A stretch of 53,428 bases of DNA, from positions 1-53,428 of IMG/VR virus record IMGVR_UViG_3300013285_000002; one strand, given 5' to 3'. The notes under the pieces were generated by a model. That model saw only the letters and a list, made by a program, of their open reading frames with translations. It did not search any database and had not been told where the DNA came from. This stretch comes from a virus (taxonomy: Duplodnaviria; Caudoviricetes). Shown here one piece after another: positions 35,588 through 44,257 of this stretch (its first letter is position 1; each line of letters begins with the position of its first letter). A program made the translations under genes and the position numbers.

Positions 35588-36214
35588 TTAGTTAAGTTGA
35601 ATAATTCGCTCTGACAGAATGAGTTGGTCTGTCGGAGGGGGCTGCTGTTTCTTCTCTCTCGGTGGCTCGATCTGGGCGCAGCGCCATGTCCAGAAGTCTG
35701 CCAATCTCAGGTGTAACCAATCCCAATATTCATCGGAACGGGCCACCTGCCTGATACTCATTTTTTCGGGTGTCCACACAACAAAGTCGCACCACTTGCG
35801 ATCAGTGATTTGCATAACGCCTTGCACTTGCGCCATGTAGTAGGGCGGTATGTCGGGATAGATGACGCCGGAGAACGGGCACTTGATTTCTCCCACACCT
35901 TCATCCCCACAAAGAAAATCGGGTGAAGCTCCAAGCCAAGCCAGCGTCGGGTGCGGTACGAAGCCCACCAGATCGACGACCACAGATTCAGAAACCTGAT
36001 ACGCAGATACCGCATCACTCTCATGTTCTTCTCCCCACATGGTTGCTGGATTGCCTTCGAATACTTCTAGCCCCATCTGCCGACGCCACAGTTGCTGACG
36101 TGATCCGGGGCCAAGACCAGCCGCCTGTCCAAACGAGGATGCGGTCAGCTTGCCTTCGCGTGCCTTGAACCACTCATCTGTTTTTTGATGAGGGTTGTGA
36201 TTGACTTCGGTCAT
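35588..36214 (-). CDS. YqaJ / lambda-exonuclease family protein
   Basis: EWF..R.G.LTAS, WG.EHE, GASPD, EIKCP, YMAQVQG motifs. Confidence 0.92.
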   Translation of the reverse strand: MTEVNHNPHQKTDEWFKAREGKLTASSFGQAAGLGPGSRQQLWRRQMGLEVFEGNPATMWGEEHESDAVSAYQVSESVVVDLVGFVPHPTLAWLGASPDFLCGDEGVGEIKCPFSGVIYPDIPPYYMAQVQGVMQITDRKWCDFVVWTPEKMSIRQVARSDEYWDWLHLRLADFWTWRCAQIEPPREKKQQPPPTDQLILSERIIQLN

Positions 36215-36960
36215 TTCAGTGACGCGGCAAGTGCTTGGGAATATTCTTTGGTGGCTTCTTGCAATGGCTTGCTTAGTGCAGCAAAGACAGTTCGAAGCTG
36301 TTCAACAGATGCGCATGTAGACAGATTTGTTTTTGCTGTCACCAGATCAGCGGCTGCAACCTTCGGAATGATTTCACTCTTGTCTTTGGTTTTCTCTGCC
36401 GCAGCCTTGGCATCGTTGACATACTTGTTGTCATCGAATAGTCCAAGGTACACGTCAGCGGAGAAGCCCAGCATGGAGAGTGCCTTGCCGATTGCGTCTG
36501 TCAGTGATTTCTTCGGAGCTTCTTCGTCAGTGAAGTAGCCACGCTTGTTCTGGCCGACAAATGTTGTCTGACCGAAGTGCTCGACCGTGCCGGTGTTGCC
36601 ATCGGAAGGATAGTGAAGCTTGATGCGAACGTAGTGAATCTGTTCATGGCCGATGACTTTGTTCTCGATTGACTTCTTGGTAACAGAGACAACGCCGTCA
36701 GCATTGATGGAGTACTCCTCGTTGTAGTCCTCAACCACCAGAGGTTGACCCTGCAAGAGTCCTTGTTCAACAATCTCGACGCACCACTTGTCACCCATTG
36801 GCCCCCACATTTCAGTGGCCTTGTGGATTTGGTACGTGTGGTTGATTGCTGTGCCGGAGAAACCGCCGCCGCGTTGAAAGCTCTTGGTGTATGTCGGGTC
36901 TGTCTTGCACGTCTTGTCCCAGACGGCGAGGGTGTTAACTACTGGTGCTGCTTGTGTCAT
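36211..36960 (-). CDS. Rad52/Sak-like single-strand annealing protein
   Basis: EAPKKSLTDAIGKALSMLGFSADVY motif; paired with the exonuclease. Confidence 0.75.
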   Translation of the reverse strand: MTQAAPVVNTLAVWDKTCKTDPTYTKSFQRGGGFSGTAINHTYQIHKATEMWGPMGDKWCVEIVEQGLLQGQPLVVEDYNEEYSINADGVVSVTKKSIENKVIGHEQIHYVRIKLHYPSDGNTGTVEHFGQTTFVGQNKRGYFTDEEAPKKSLTDAIGKALSMLGFSADVYLGLFDDNKYVNDAKAAAEKTKDKSEIIPKVAAADLVTAKTNLSTCASVEQLRTVFAALSKPLQEATKEYSQALAASLK

Positions 36961-36978
36961 TCGTGTACTCCAGAACAA

Positions 36979-37033
36979 ACAAGTGATTTTGTTTGTGAGT
37001 CTGGATTATGACCACCGTCTTGTAGCTTGTAAA
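36979..37033 (-). promoter_or_regulatory. PL-like promoter TTTACA-N17-CATAAT with operator ACAAgtgattTTGT (36979-36992)
   Basis: -35 at 37033-37028 and -10 at 37010-37005, upstream of the recombination operon. Confidence 0.7.
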
Positions 37034-37153
37034 GGCTTTATGTGTAATGACCTACCGTTTAACAAGGTTATGTGTGGATTAGTTATCCTTGGTGCAGGTC
37101 TGTAGCGGCTTGCAGGCTTTAGAGTGACGAGCTACGCCTCGCCAGTTCCCATG

Positions 37154-37795
37154 CTACTTCGGTGTGCGATAGCTCCTATGCTCAACCATGACGCCAATGA
37201 CCTTCACATCTCCATCTGTAGATCGAATGATGGGCCAGTCGCTGTTGTTGGGCACAAGTTCAAAGCTTGAGCTTGTCGTCTGCCGGTATTTTCGAAACGC
37301 CACCACTCCATCAACACTTACTGCTACGTAGTCTCCGGGTTGCGGCATCAAGCAAAGGTCGATGACAACCTTATCGTGTTCCTTAAACAAGGGCATCATG
37401 CTTTCCCCTTGAAGCTCTATTGCAAAAGCTCCTTCTCCAATTTTTATGTCCGTCATCAATGCCTCTTTCAATTCACTCTTGCCGCCAGCGTTGATATGAG
37501 GAATCACATCTTGTGGTGCTAGCAGCGCCAAGCGCGTTACGGTTACATCTATACCGCCTAGATCAATCTTGACCATTGGATCAAGTCGATCACCTTCTCC
37601 GGATTGAAGCCAAAGCGGATTGACTCCAAGAATCTGTGAAATTTTTACTGAGTACCGGGATGTTGCAGCCGGTGATTCTGGTGAACAGATGTAGCTAATC
37701 GTCTGCTGCTTCACGCCAACAAGACGGGCTAACTCAGACTGAGTGATATTTTTTTCTTCGAGGACTCTGCGAATCCTTGCGCCTAGATGTGACAT
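37154..37795 (-). CDS. cI: CI-like repressor (HTH_3 + S24 peptidase)
   Basis: ITQSELARLVGVKQQTIS helix-turn-helix; GESM.P catalytic Ser and FRKY Lys; RBS ggag. Confidence 0.93.
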   Translation of the reverse strand: MSHLGARIRRVLEEKNITQSELARLVGVKQQTISYICSPESPAATSRYSVKISQILGVNPLWLQSGEGDRLDPMVKIDLGGIDVTVTRLALLAPQDVIPHINAGGKSELKEALMTDIKIGEGAFAIELQGESMMPLFKEHDKVVIDLCLMPQPGDYVAVSVDGVVAFRKYRQTTSSSFELVPNNSDWPIIRSTDGDVKVIGVMVEHRSYRTPK

Positions 37796-37929
37796 TCCGC
37801 TCTCCAAATTGTGTACAAGTTTGCTACTTCCCACACATACATCTGTTTAATGTAACCAAATAGTACAACACGCTTGTTACCGTGTCAAGAAATCATGAGC
37901 CGCACTAAGCCGCATTACCCGACAAATAA

Positions 37930-37975
37930 ACAAGGATATTTGATTGACACGGCTTGTGGACACAACGACACTTGT
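37930..37975 (+). promoter_or_regulatory. PR-like promoter TTGACA-N17-GACACT flanked by operators ACAAggatatTTGA (37930-37943) and ACAAcgacacTTGT (37962-37975)
   Basis: Consensus -35 at 37944-37949; divergent from cI. Confidence 0.65.
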
Positions 37976-38080
37976 GACGCTGGATAGGTTCTCGGTCGCT
38001 CTGAGAACTGAACGGGGTGAGCTTTTTAGTTCCTTTCGTAGCCCCTTCCAGCCCCTTTGGGGTTTCACGCAGAGGACGCA

Positions 38081-38161
38081 ATGGAAGAAGGAACCATGAC
38101 TTACCAAACTTTGTTGGCTTGGGGAACAAGCCGACTGTCTCAGATGGTGATTGCAGTATGA
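38081..38161 (+). CDS. Short leader peptide (26 aa, or 21 aa from 38096) coupled to the replication gene
   Basis: MEEGTMTYQTLLAWGTSRLSQMVIAV*; RBS gagga/aagga; ATGA overlap with the initiator. Confidence 0.4.
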   Translation: MEEGTMTYQTLLAWGTSRLSQMVIAV

Positions 38162-38913
38162 GCAAGTCACCCGCATTCCAGTTCTATGCCGCTGAGTTCC
38201 TAGCTGATGAGAACGTGGTGATGATGACCAACCAAGAAATAGGTTGCTACATCAAACTCATGTGCTACTGCTGGCGCGAAGGCTCAATCCCATCTGACGT
38301 TTCCAAGATAGCTAAGCTGTGTGGTGAGGATAGCTCAGCTATGGCTCAGCTATGGCTCAGCGTAAGCACTTGCTTTAGCTTAGCTGAAGCAGCACCCGAC
38401 AGACTTGTTCACAAGAGACTTGAAAAAGAGAGAGAGAAGCAAAAAAGCTATAGTCTTGAGCGGTCTGCATCTGGGAAAAAGGGAGCAGAAGCCAAGCGGA
38501 ATGCGGCTTCCAAGGGTTCTAGCTCAGCTACTAGCTCAGCTTCAGCTAAGCATATAGCTATTGACAGCTCTTCATCTTCATCTTCATCTTCATCTTCTAT
38601 AGTTAAGACACTACTTACACAACCTCCGGTTGCTGTGTTGTCTGGCATGGAATCGGATGGGTTCGATACCTTCTGGTCAACATGGCCCCAAAGCCAACGC
38701 AAGGTGGGTAAGGTCAGCGTTCAGGCCAAGTGGAAAAAGCTTAGACTTTTCTCCATTGCCAAACAGATCACTGACCATGTGAAGCTGATGAAGGAATCGA
38801 AGCAATGGAAAGACGGCTATGAACCAGCCCCTCTGACCTACATCAATCAACGCCGATGGGAAGATGGCAACGAGCAATCTCCTGATGACCAACAGTTTGC
38901 AGGAGTGATGTGA
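38158..38913 (+). CDS. Replication initiator (DUF1376/YdaU-like N-terminus)
   Basis: PAFQFY...GCYIKLMC..W; poly-Ser linker; FDTFW..WP..KVGK...TYINQRRWED; internal iterons. Confidence 0.85.
   Translation: MSKSPAFQFYAAEFLADENVVMMTNQEIGCYIKLMCYCWREGSIPSDVSKIAKLCGEDSSAMAQLWLSVSTCFSLAEAAPDRLVHKRLEKEREKQKSYSLERSASGKKGAEAKRNAASKGSSSATSSASAKHIAIDSSSSSSSSSSSIVKTLLTQPPVAVLSGMESDGFDTFWSTWPQSQRKVGKVSVQAKWKKLRLFSIAKQITDHVKLMKESKQWKDGYEPAPLTYINQRRWEDGNEQSPDDQQFAGVM
38309..38598 (+). repeat. Replication origin iterons (T(A/G)GCT(C/A)AGCT, about 8 copies) and a (TCTTCA)n tract
   Basis: Copies at 38309, 38331, 38342, 38353, 38376, 38520, 38532, 38543, inside the initiator gene as in lambdoid origins. Confidence 0.7.
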
Positions 38914-39389
38914 TGACCAAGATCATGTTGCCGCAAGCACGGCCCATCTGGAACATGCGACTGTCCGGCAAGAAGCCGAACACTTTGGTCTTTGTCAGTC
39001 TGATAGGTGGACTGAACGTAGACCCTACCGTTTCAATACCCCCCGAGGTTCAACCAGAACGATGCGAGTGGCGTTGGACGGCTGATCTTGGTATCACCCT
39101 AGTCTTCAATGACTCCACGAGCAAGGCTAGGGTTTGGCAAGCATGTCAATCCATCCTTCGCAATGCACCGAACGGCGGCTACACCAAGTTCAGTAAGCAC
39201 CTTGGGTTCCTTTGGATGTGGAACACGAGCAGCCAGATCGCAACCCTGATGAGCTGGTGGCGCGGCATTGATGCCATTCCAGAGTTCGACATTGAAAAAA
39301 TCCCAGAAGAATTTACAACAAGCTCCGTCAGCAGGTGGGATAGGAATCTGTTCGTGGGCGTAGAAGCAATATCAGGAGCGGCAGCATGA
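38910..39389 (+). CDS. Hypothetical protein in the replication module
   Basis: 159 aa, between the initiator and helicase genes. Confidence 0.7.
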   Translation: MMTKIMLPQARPIWNMRLSGKKPNTLVFVSLIGGLNVDPTVSIPPEVQPERCEWRWTADLGITLVFNDSTSKARVWQACQSILRNAPNGGYTKFSKHLGFLWMWNTSSQIATLMSWWRGIDAIPEFDIEKIPEEFTTSSVSRWDRNLFVGVEAISGAAA

Positions 39390-40345
39390 GTACCTTTCAA
39401 GACCTGACCTTATCGGATGACAGTATTGACTTTCGGGAATTGGCCGCCGAGCCAGCAGACATTGAGCGCCTTGTATCACCAGACAGTTTCCGCGAAGAGA
39501 CGATTGATTACCTGACCGGCGACGGCGCTATGTACGGGGCAACACTGCCTTGGCACGATACGCACGAGAACCTACGCTTCAGACCGGGAGAGGTCAGCTT
39601 GTGGATGGGCATGAACGGACACGGCAAGAGTCTCATCACGAGTCAGGTGTTCCTTGACTTTATGCACCAAGGCCAAAAGGTCTGCATTGCCAGCTTTGAA
39701 ATGAAACCCAAGGCAACCTTGGCCCGGATGGTTCGTCAGGGTGGCATGACTTCAAGCCCGTCCATCCCATTCATTCACGGGTTCATAGATCACTCTGTTG
39801 GAAAACTGTTGCTGTACGACAAGCAGGGTAACGTCGATCCAGAGAACTTGCTGTCGATCATTCGCTACGCTGCACGCAAGCATGGCATTACGCAGTTCGT
39901 AGTTGACTCTTTGATGAAGTGCGTGAAGGGTGAGGATGACTACAACGGACAGAAGGATTTCGTCAGTAGTCTTTGCTCTATCGCGCAAGACCTGAACATT
40001 CACATTCACTTGGTTCATCACAGTCGTAAGCTCGCTGATGAAAGCCAGATGCCGGGGAAGTACGACTCCAAAGGTTCAGGGGCAATCGTCGATCAGGTAG
40101 ATCAGTGCTTCATTGTTTGGAGAAACAAAAAGAAGGAAGAGGCTATCCGCGCTGGAACAGATCACGACTCAACTAAGTTTGATGCGATCTTGAAGTGCGA
40201 TAAGAACCGACATGGCGAGTGGGAGGGGATGATTGGACTGTACTTCTCGCAAGGCCCATTGCATTACGCACGTCAGCAAGGAATTGTTGGTAACGGATAC
40301 GACTACAAACCCTACGTCAAGAGCTTGCAAGAGGTGGCGATATGA
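39386..40345 (+). CDS. DnaB/SF4 replicative helicase
   Basis: FRPGE...GMNGHGKS Walker A, SFEM, VVDSL, LVHHSRK, KGSGAI, KNRHG motifs. Confidence 0.92.
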   Translation: MSTFQDLTLSDDSIDFRELAAEPADIERLVSPDSFREETIDYLTGDGAMYGATLPWHDTHENLRFRPGEVSLWMGMNGHGKSLITSQVFLDFMHQGQKVCIASFEMKPKATLARMVRQGGMTSSPSIPFIHGFIDHSVGKLLLYDKQGNVDPENLLSIIRYAARKHGITQFVVDSLMKCVKGEDDYNGQKDFVSSLCSIAQDLNIHIHLVHHSRKLADESQMPGKYDSKGSGAIVDQVDQCFIVWRNKKKEEAIRAGTDHDSTKFDAILKCDKNRHGEWEGMIGLYFSQGPLHYARQQGIVGNGYDYKPYVKSLQEVAI

Positions 40346-40890
40346 GTACTCAATGGAATATGAACGCAACCTCAACTCTTGAGGTGGCAAAAGAAATTAG
40401 CATTGCCGCCTATCAAGGTGTCGAGGTTTACATCACAGAGAATCCAGTCAACTTCACTCAAAGAGTAGTTGCAAGGATTGGGGATAGGGTTGTGCAAGTA
40501 GAGCTTAATAACTTTGGTATTGGAAATAATGAAGATGTAATCCACGCCATACGCAAATGCACCAAAGAAGTTTTGATGGACTCAAAAGATCAGCCACGAA
40601 TTAACATCCTTGAGGCTGAACTCAAAAAGTACAAAGAGGTTGTCAAGAAGATGGCCTATGACGCAGAGATGGGCGCAGTCAATGTATATGTCGCAGACCC
40701 AAGGCTCGCAAGGACTCATGCACTTGTGCAAGCAGCAGAGATTTTGATGGAGCACGGAACCATTCACAGTCATGAAGAGTTGTTGGGTGTGATTGATGAA
40801 ATTGCAGGGCTACAACCAAGTGAACAGTTCAAGTCCGAGGAAGCACGCAGGCGCATGGACTTCATCATGGCAAAAGGAATGAAGCTATGA
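40342..40890 (+). CDS. Hypothetical protein
   Basis: 182 aa, ATGA coupling, RBS gagg. Confidence 0.7.
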   Translation: MSTQWNMNATSTLEVAKEISIAAYQGVEVYITENPVNFTQRVVARIGDRVVQVELNNFGIGNNEDVIHAIRKCTKEVLMDSKDQPRINILEAELKKYKEVVKKMAYDAEMGAVNVYVADPRLARTHALVQAAEILMEHGTIHSHEELLGVIDEIAGLQPSEQFKSEEARRRMDFIMAKGMKL

Positions 40891-41141
40891 CTCTCGCTGC
40901 TTATCGACAACAGAAGTTCGACGAAGAGAAAAAGAAGAACAGGGATGCAGCGCCCAACTTAGCTGCACTTGTTGATGAAATAAGAGAACAGTTTCCCGGA
41001 GCTAAGTTGATCTGGGGAAAAGATGAGGTGACAGGAGTTGAGATAGGAACCAAAGAGGTTGTTGACGAAAGCAAAGTCTTCACCATCCCGCATGACTATT
41101 ACCCATGCCGTCCGGTAATTATTAAAGGAAGAAAGAAATGA
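40887..41141 (+). CDS. Hypothetical protein
   Basis: 84 aa, coupled to its neighbours. Confidence 0.7.
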   Translation: MTLAAYRQQKFDEEKKKNRDAAPNLAALVDEIREQFPGAKLIWGKDEVTGVEIGTKEVVDESKVFTIPHDYYPCRPVIIKGRKK

Positions 41142-41476
41142 GCGAGAAAGCAGAAATCAGACTGGCAGAGTTGCGGTCAATGTCAGAAGAGTTTGCGGTC
41201 GCCTACTCGGAGCGAACCTACTTGGATGAGTTCAAGAAATCAAAGCTTGCAATCCTGATGCGACAAGCTGAGATGGATGGACACAAAACAATGGCCGCTC
41301 AAGAGCGAGAGGCTCGCGCCCACAAAGAGTACCTCGATCTGTTGCTTGCTTTGAAGGTAGCGGTCGAAAGATCGGAGCGCCTTCGCTGGCATCTTGAAGT
41401 TGCCAAGCTGGGAGTTGCAGTCTGGCAAACAGAAAACGCGAACAACCGATCAGAGCGCAGAGCATACGGAGCATAA
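41138..41476 (+). CDS. Hypothetical coiled-coil phage protein
   Basis: 112 aa, AQEREARAH.EY...WQT..AN.R. Confidence 0.75.
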   Translation: MSEKAEIRLAELRSMSEEFAVAYSERTYLDEFKKSKLAILMRQAEMDGHKTMAAQEREARAHKEYLDLLLALKVAVERSERLRWHLEVAKLGVAVWQTENANNRSERRAYGA

Positions 41477-41479
41477 GCA

Positions 41480-41701
41480 ATGAGGCTGACGCAATTCAAA
41501 TATTTCCTGAGCCATCATTCGTATAGCGACGAGATTGTTTCCGCAATGATTGCCGCATACGAATACGGAGCAGAGCACGAGAGGTTGATGTGCTCAGACA
41601 TTTGTAATGCACTTCGAGATAACGCACAGATAACAGACGTTGGTCGCAGAGAAGCTTTGTTCACTGCTGCCAGACAGATTGATTCCCGAGTAACCACGTA
41701 A
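41480..41701 (+). CDS. Hypothetical protein
   Basis: 73 aa within operon. Confidence 0.6.
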   Translation: MRLTQFKYFLSHHSYSDEIVSAMIAAYEYGAEHERLMCSDICNALRDNAQITDVGRREALFTAARQIDSRVTT

Positions 41702-41714
41702 CCGAGAGACAGAG

Positions 41715-42044
41715 ATGACTAAATTGATTGACATGGAATTAACAGATCGACAGATTGCAACCTTGGATCACCCGCTGATTGCGGTATTCCTTGATGCTGT
41801 AGAGCAGGCCATGTTTGGCAAGGGTGAGCGGCATGGCGGGGCACAGACTCCGTTCCTTGAGCAGCCTTGGGTTCACTACGCAAAGATGCACGGTGTCGGA
41901 TTCTTGACAGGTCAGGCCGCCAAGAAGTTAGAGGAAGCAGCCAGCACCAAGGTTGGAGAAGACTGGCGTCGTGAAATGTTGGGAGCTATCGTCTACGCAG
42001 GGATGGCGATTATCAATCAAGACATGGCCGAAGAACAGAAATGA
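41715..42044 (+). CDS. Hypothetical phage protein
   Basis: QA..GKG.RH...F.EQP...GQAAKK..E...E.LGAIVY motif. Confidence 0.7.
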   Translation: MTKLIDMELTDRQIATLDHPLIAVFLDAVEQAMFGKGERHGGAQTPFLEQPWVHYAKMHGVGFLTGQAAKKLEEAASTKVGEDWRREMLGAIVYAGMAIINQDMAEEQK

Positions 42045-42376
42045 AGATCATCCCCCCATACATGACATTCCAACAGGCACTCAGCAATGGGTTTGTTGGT
42101 CGCATCCAAGACGCCAAGTACACGCAGTGGGTGAAGACGTTGAAGTGTTGTGGATGTGGGGATCAATCCGATGATCCGCATCACCCTCACGGTGCAGGCT
42201 TTAAGGGAATGGGCACGAAGGTTCCTGACTACTGGTGCATCCCACTGTGTCGCAAATGCCACGATGAATTGCATCATGACGTACACGCTTGGGAAGAAAG
42301 TAACGGAACTCAGTTCCAGCATACGACAATCACTCTGTTGCAAGCAATACACCAAGGGAGAATGAAGTTTGGTTGA
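42041..42376 (+). CDS. DUF968-like zinc-binding HNH-type protein
   Basis: CCGCG...DPHH...K..D...IPLCRKCHDELH. Confidence 0.8.
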   Translation: MKIIPPYMTFQQALSNGFVGRIQDAKYTQWVKTLKCCGCGDQSDDPHHPHGAGFKGMGTKVPDYWCIPLCRKCHDELHHDVHAWEESNGTQFQHTTITLLQAIHQGRMKFG

Positions 42377-42917
42377 ACTATCACTGTCCCTATCCGCACG
42401 CCGATGTAAGCATGATGATTGCTTCGAGCCTGCTGGAATGTTCGGAGTCTGTCCCGGCCATGAGCAAGAGGGCATCAACCGACACTTCGCTAAGTCGCTT
42501 GGGCGCGGGGTGGTAGAGATAGCTGCACCACTTTGCTTCAAGGGTCACGTCGAATGGAAGCATTACGTTGTTGCTGCAACTCTTTCTGTTCCTCACAAGT
42601 CACGCGCAGAGACGGATCATGCGGCTAGGCGAATGGACTACTGCAAGGACTGCACGATTAAGTTCAAGCAGGAGATGATGAAGAACGATACGTGCTCTCA
42701 TCCTGAAACTGTTTTCATTCTGTCGGACATCCATGCTGGTGATCTAACTGGTGTGTCTATCACGCATGAGGGCAGGACTGCACCTTGGGAAAAGGCTGTG
42801 ATGGGAATGTCAGGGCCGGTCGTCATGTTGCCAAGTGCAGATGTAATCAACGAACAGTTAACCATCATCTCAACGCCGAAGAAGCGTGGGCCAAAACCAA
42901 AGAAACACAATGTTTGA
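42369..42917 (+). CDS. Hypothetical Cys-containing protein
   Basis: 182 aa, YCKDC...C.HPET; start codon uncertain. Confidence 0.6.
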   Translation: MVELSLSLSARRCKHDDCFEPAGMFGVCPGHEQEGINRHFAKSLGRGVVEIAAPLCFKGHVEWKHYVVAATLSVPHKSRAETDHAARRMDYCKDCTIKFKQEMMKNDTCSHPETVFILSDIHAGDLTGVSITHEGRTAPWEKAVMGMSGPVVMLPSADVINEQLTIISTPKKRGPKPKKHNV

Positions 42918-43323
42918 AATGTTATTTCCTTATCCAATTAGCTCGAACCGATATTGGCGAATGTTTCGGAACAGAATTGTTCGAAGCTCTGCTGCGAGGG
43001 AGTACAAGGATGTCGTAACAGATATTGCTCAGCAGTCTGGCAATCAGGAGTTCAAGGGGTGTGTGAAGGTTGACCTTCGCTTACATCCAGAGCGCCCGAA
43101 GGACTGGGAGAAGCGTGCCAAGAAAGATTCCCGCTGGGGTCTTGGTGTGCGGCGTGTTGACCTAGACAATGCACTCAAGGTTGCACTTGATGCACTGCAA
43201 GGAATTGCCTACGAGAATGACCGTCAAATTACTGACATCAGAATCAGGCTCGGGCTGCCCATTGAGGGCGGCGGTCTGTCGGTGATTGTGAGTGCCGACG
43301 AATACTGGGAAACACCAACATGA
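42910..43323 (+). CDS. rusA: RusA-like Holliday junction resolvase
   Basis: PYPISSNRYWR, DLDNALKVALDALQG.AYENDRQI motifs. Confidence 0.9.
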   Translation: MFEMLFPYPISSNRYWRMFRNRIVRSSAAREYKDVVTDIAQQSGNQEFKGCVKVDLRLHPERPKDWEKRAKKDSRWGLGVRRVDLDNALKVALDALQGIAYENDRQITDIRIRLGLPIEGGGLSVIVSADEYWETPT

Positions 43324-43817
43324 ACTTTCATTCAGTAGAGCAAGCGCTAAAGTTTGCATCAAACGTCAGTGACAGGGCTGAGTACGGCAAGTCAGATTTA
43401 ATGGCTGTCCGTGGGACAAGCACTGAGTCACTGACACCGATGGACATGCACGCACAGGCTGCAATGATTCAAAGCATGGTGAACAGGATGCCTCCGATGG
43501 AGAGGGATTCTGTTGTTGCTCAGTACGGTAGGGGTAAGGAGAGGTCGGACGCCATACGCAGTCTAGCTGAGTACCTGATGCCGCATGTATCGGGCATGGT
43601 TCCAAGTAAGCATGTGGTGATGCTGGTTGTTTGTCATTGGGCTACTAAGCGCCCAGCCATCCGAGCTATTGCAGATGACCGGGCGGTGAGCTATCGAAAG
43701 GTCTGTTCATGGAGGACAACAATCCTCCGAGCATGGATGCCGCTACAGATACGGGCGATCAGCCGGTTGCATGACCAGATGTTTCATGAGGGTGGATTTA
43801 GTTTGGATGAGTCGTAA
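43320..43817 (+). CDS. Putative late regulator (Q/sigma-like DNA-binding protein)
   Basis: Position after rusA; C-terminal HTH-like IRAIADDRAVSYRKV..W; followed by a strong promoter. Confidence 0.55.
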   Translation: MNFHSVEQALKFASNVSDRAEYGKSDLMAVRGTSTESLTPMDMHAQAAMIQSMVNRMPPMERDSVVAQYGRGKERSDAIRSLAEYLMPHVSGMVPSKHVVMLVVCHWATKRPAIRAIADDRAVSYRKVCSWRTTILRAWMPLQIRAISRLHDQMFHEGGFSLDES

Positions 43818-43835
43818 TATTTTTTCCTTTAGGGG

Positions 43836-43863
43836 TTGACGGATGCGCAACCAAGGATAGAAT
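43836..43863 (+). promoter_or_regulatory. pR'-like promoter TTGACG-N16-TAGAAT
   Basis: Near-consensus hexamers 18 nt after the stop of the Q-position gene. Confidence 0.7.
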
Positions 43864-43869
43864 TAAGTC

Positions 43870-44250
43870 ATCGAGTGTTACAGCACAAGACAAATCAACT
43901 GGCCTTGGCCTTTGCTTTCACCTAGAAATAGGGCGTGCTGTAACACGGAAAGTAAAGACCAAGGTCTTTTGCTTCCCAGTGTCAGGGCGCACATCGTTAC
44001 AGCACAAAGGGGTATGTCGTCCCAGCACCCAATGAAGCGATGCCGTACATGACCCCGACGGCTCGGCGTTTCTTAGCGACCGAACAAAACCAGCAAGCAA
44101 ACCGACGATACGCATGGCCCACGAACGGGCGCTGGACAATACGAATAAGACGTTCTGCGAGCAACAGACCCAAGTGAAAAACAAAATGGGTTGGTTGAAG
44201 ATTCCGTTAGGGGCATTCGCTAGGGATGTCGGGAGTCTCGGGGTCAGCTA
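43870..44250 (+). ncRNA. Candidate structured non-coding RNA
   Basis: No credible ORF; ~30-bp long-range helix 44050-44079 with 44217-44246 containing several G-U pairs; perfect 12-bp inverted repeat 43875-86/43935-46; further hairpins. Confidence 0.55.
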
Positions 44251-44257
44251 TGGGAAT

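Noticed and set aside
43918-44184. 88-aa minus-strand ORF in the candidate ncRNA region
   Set aside because: Non-ATG start, no motif, and the G-U-containing helix favours a + strand RNA.
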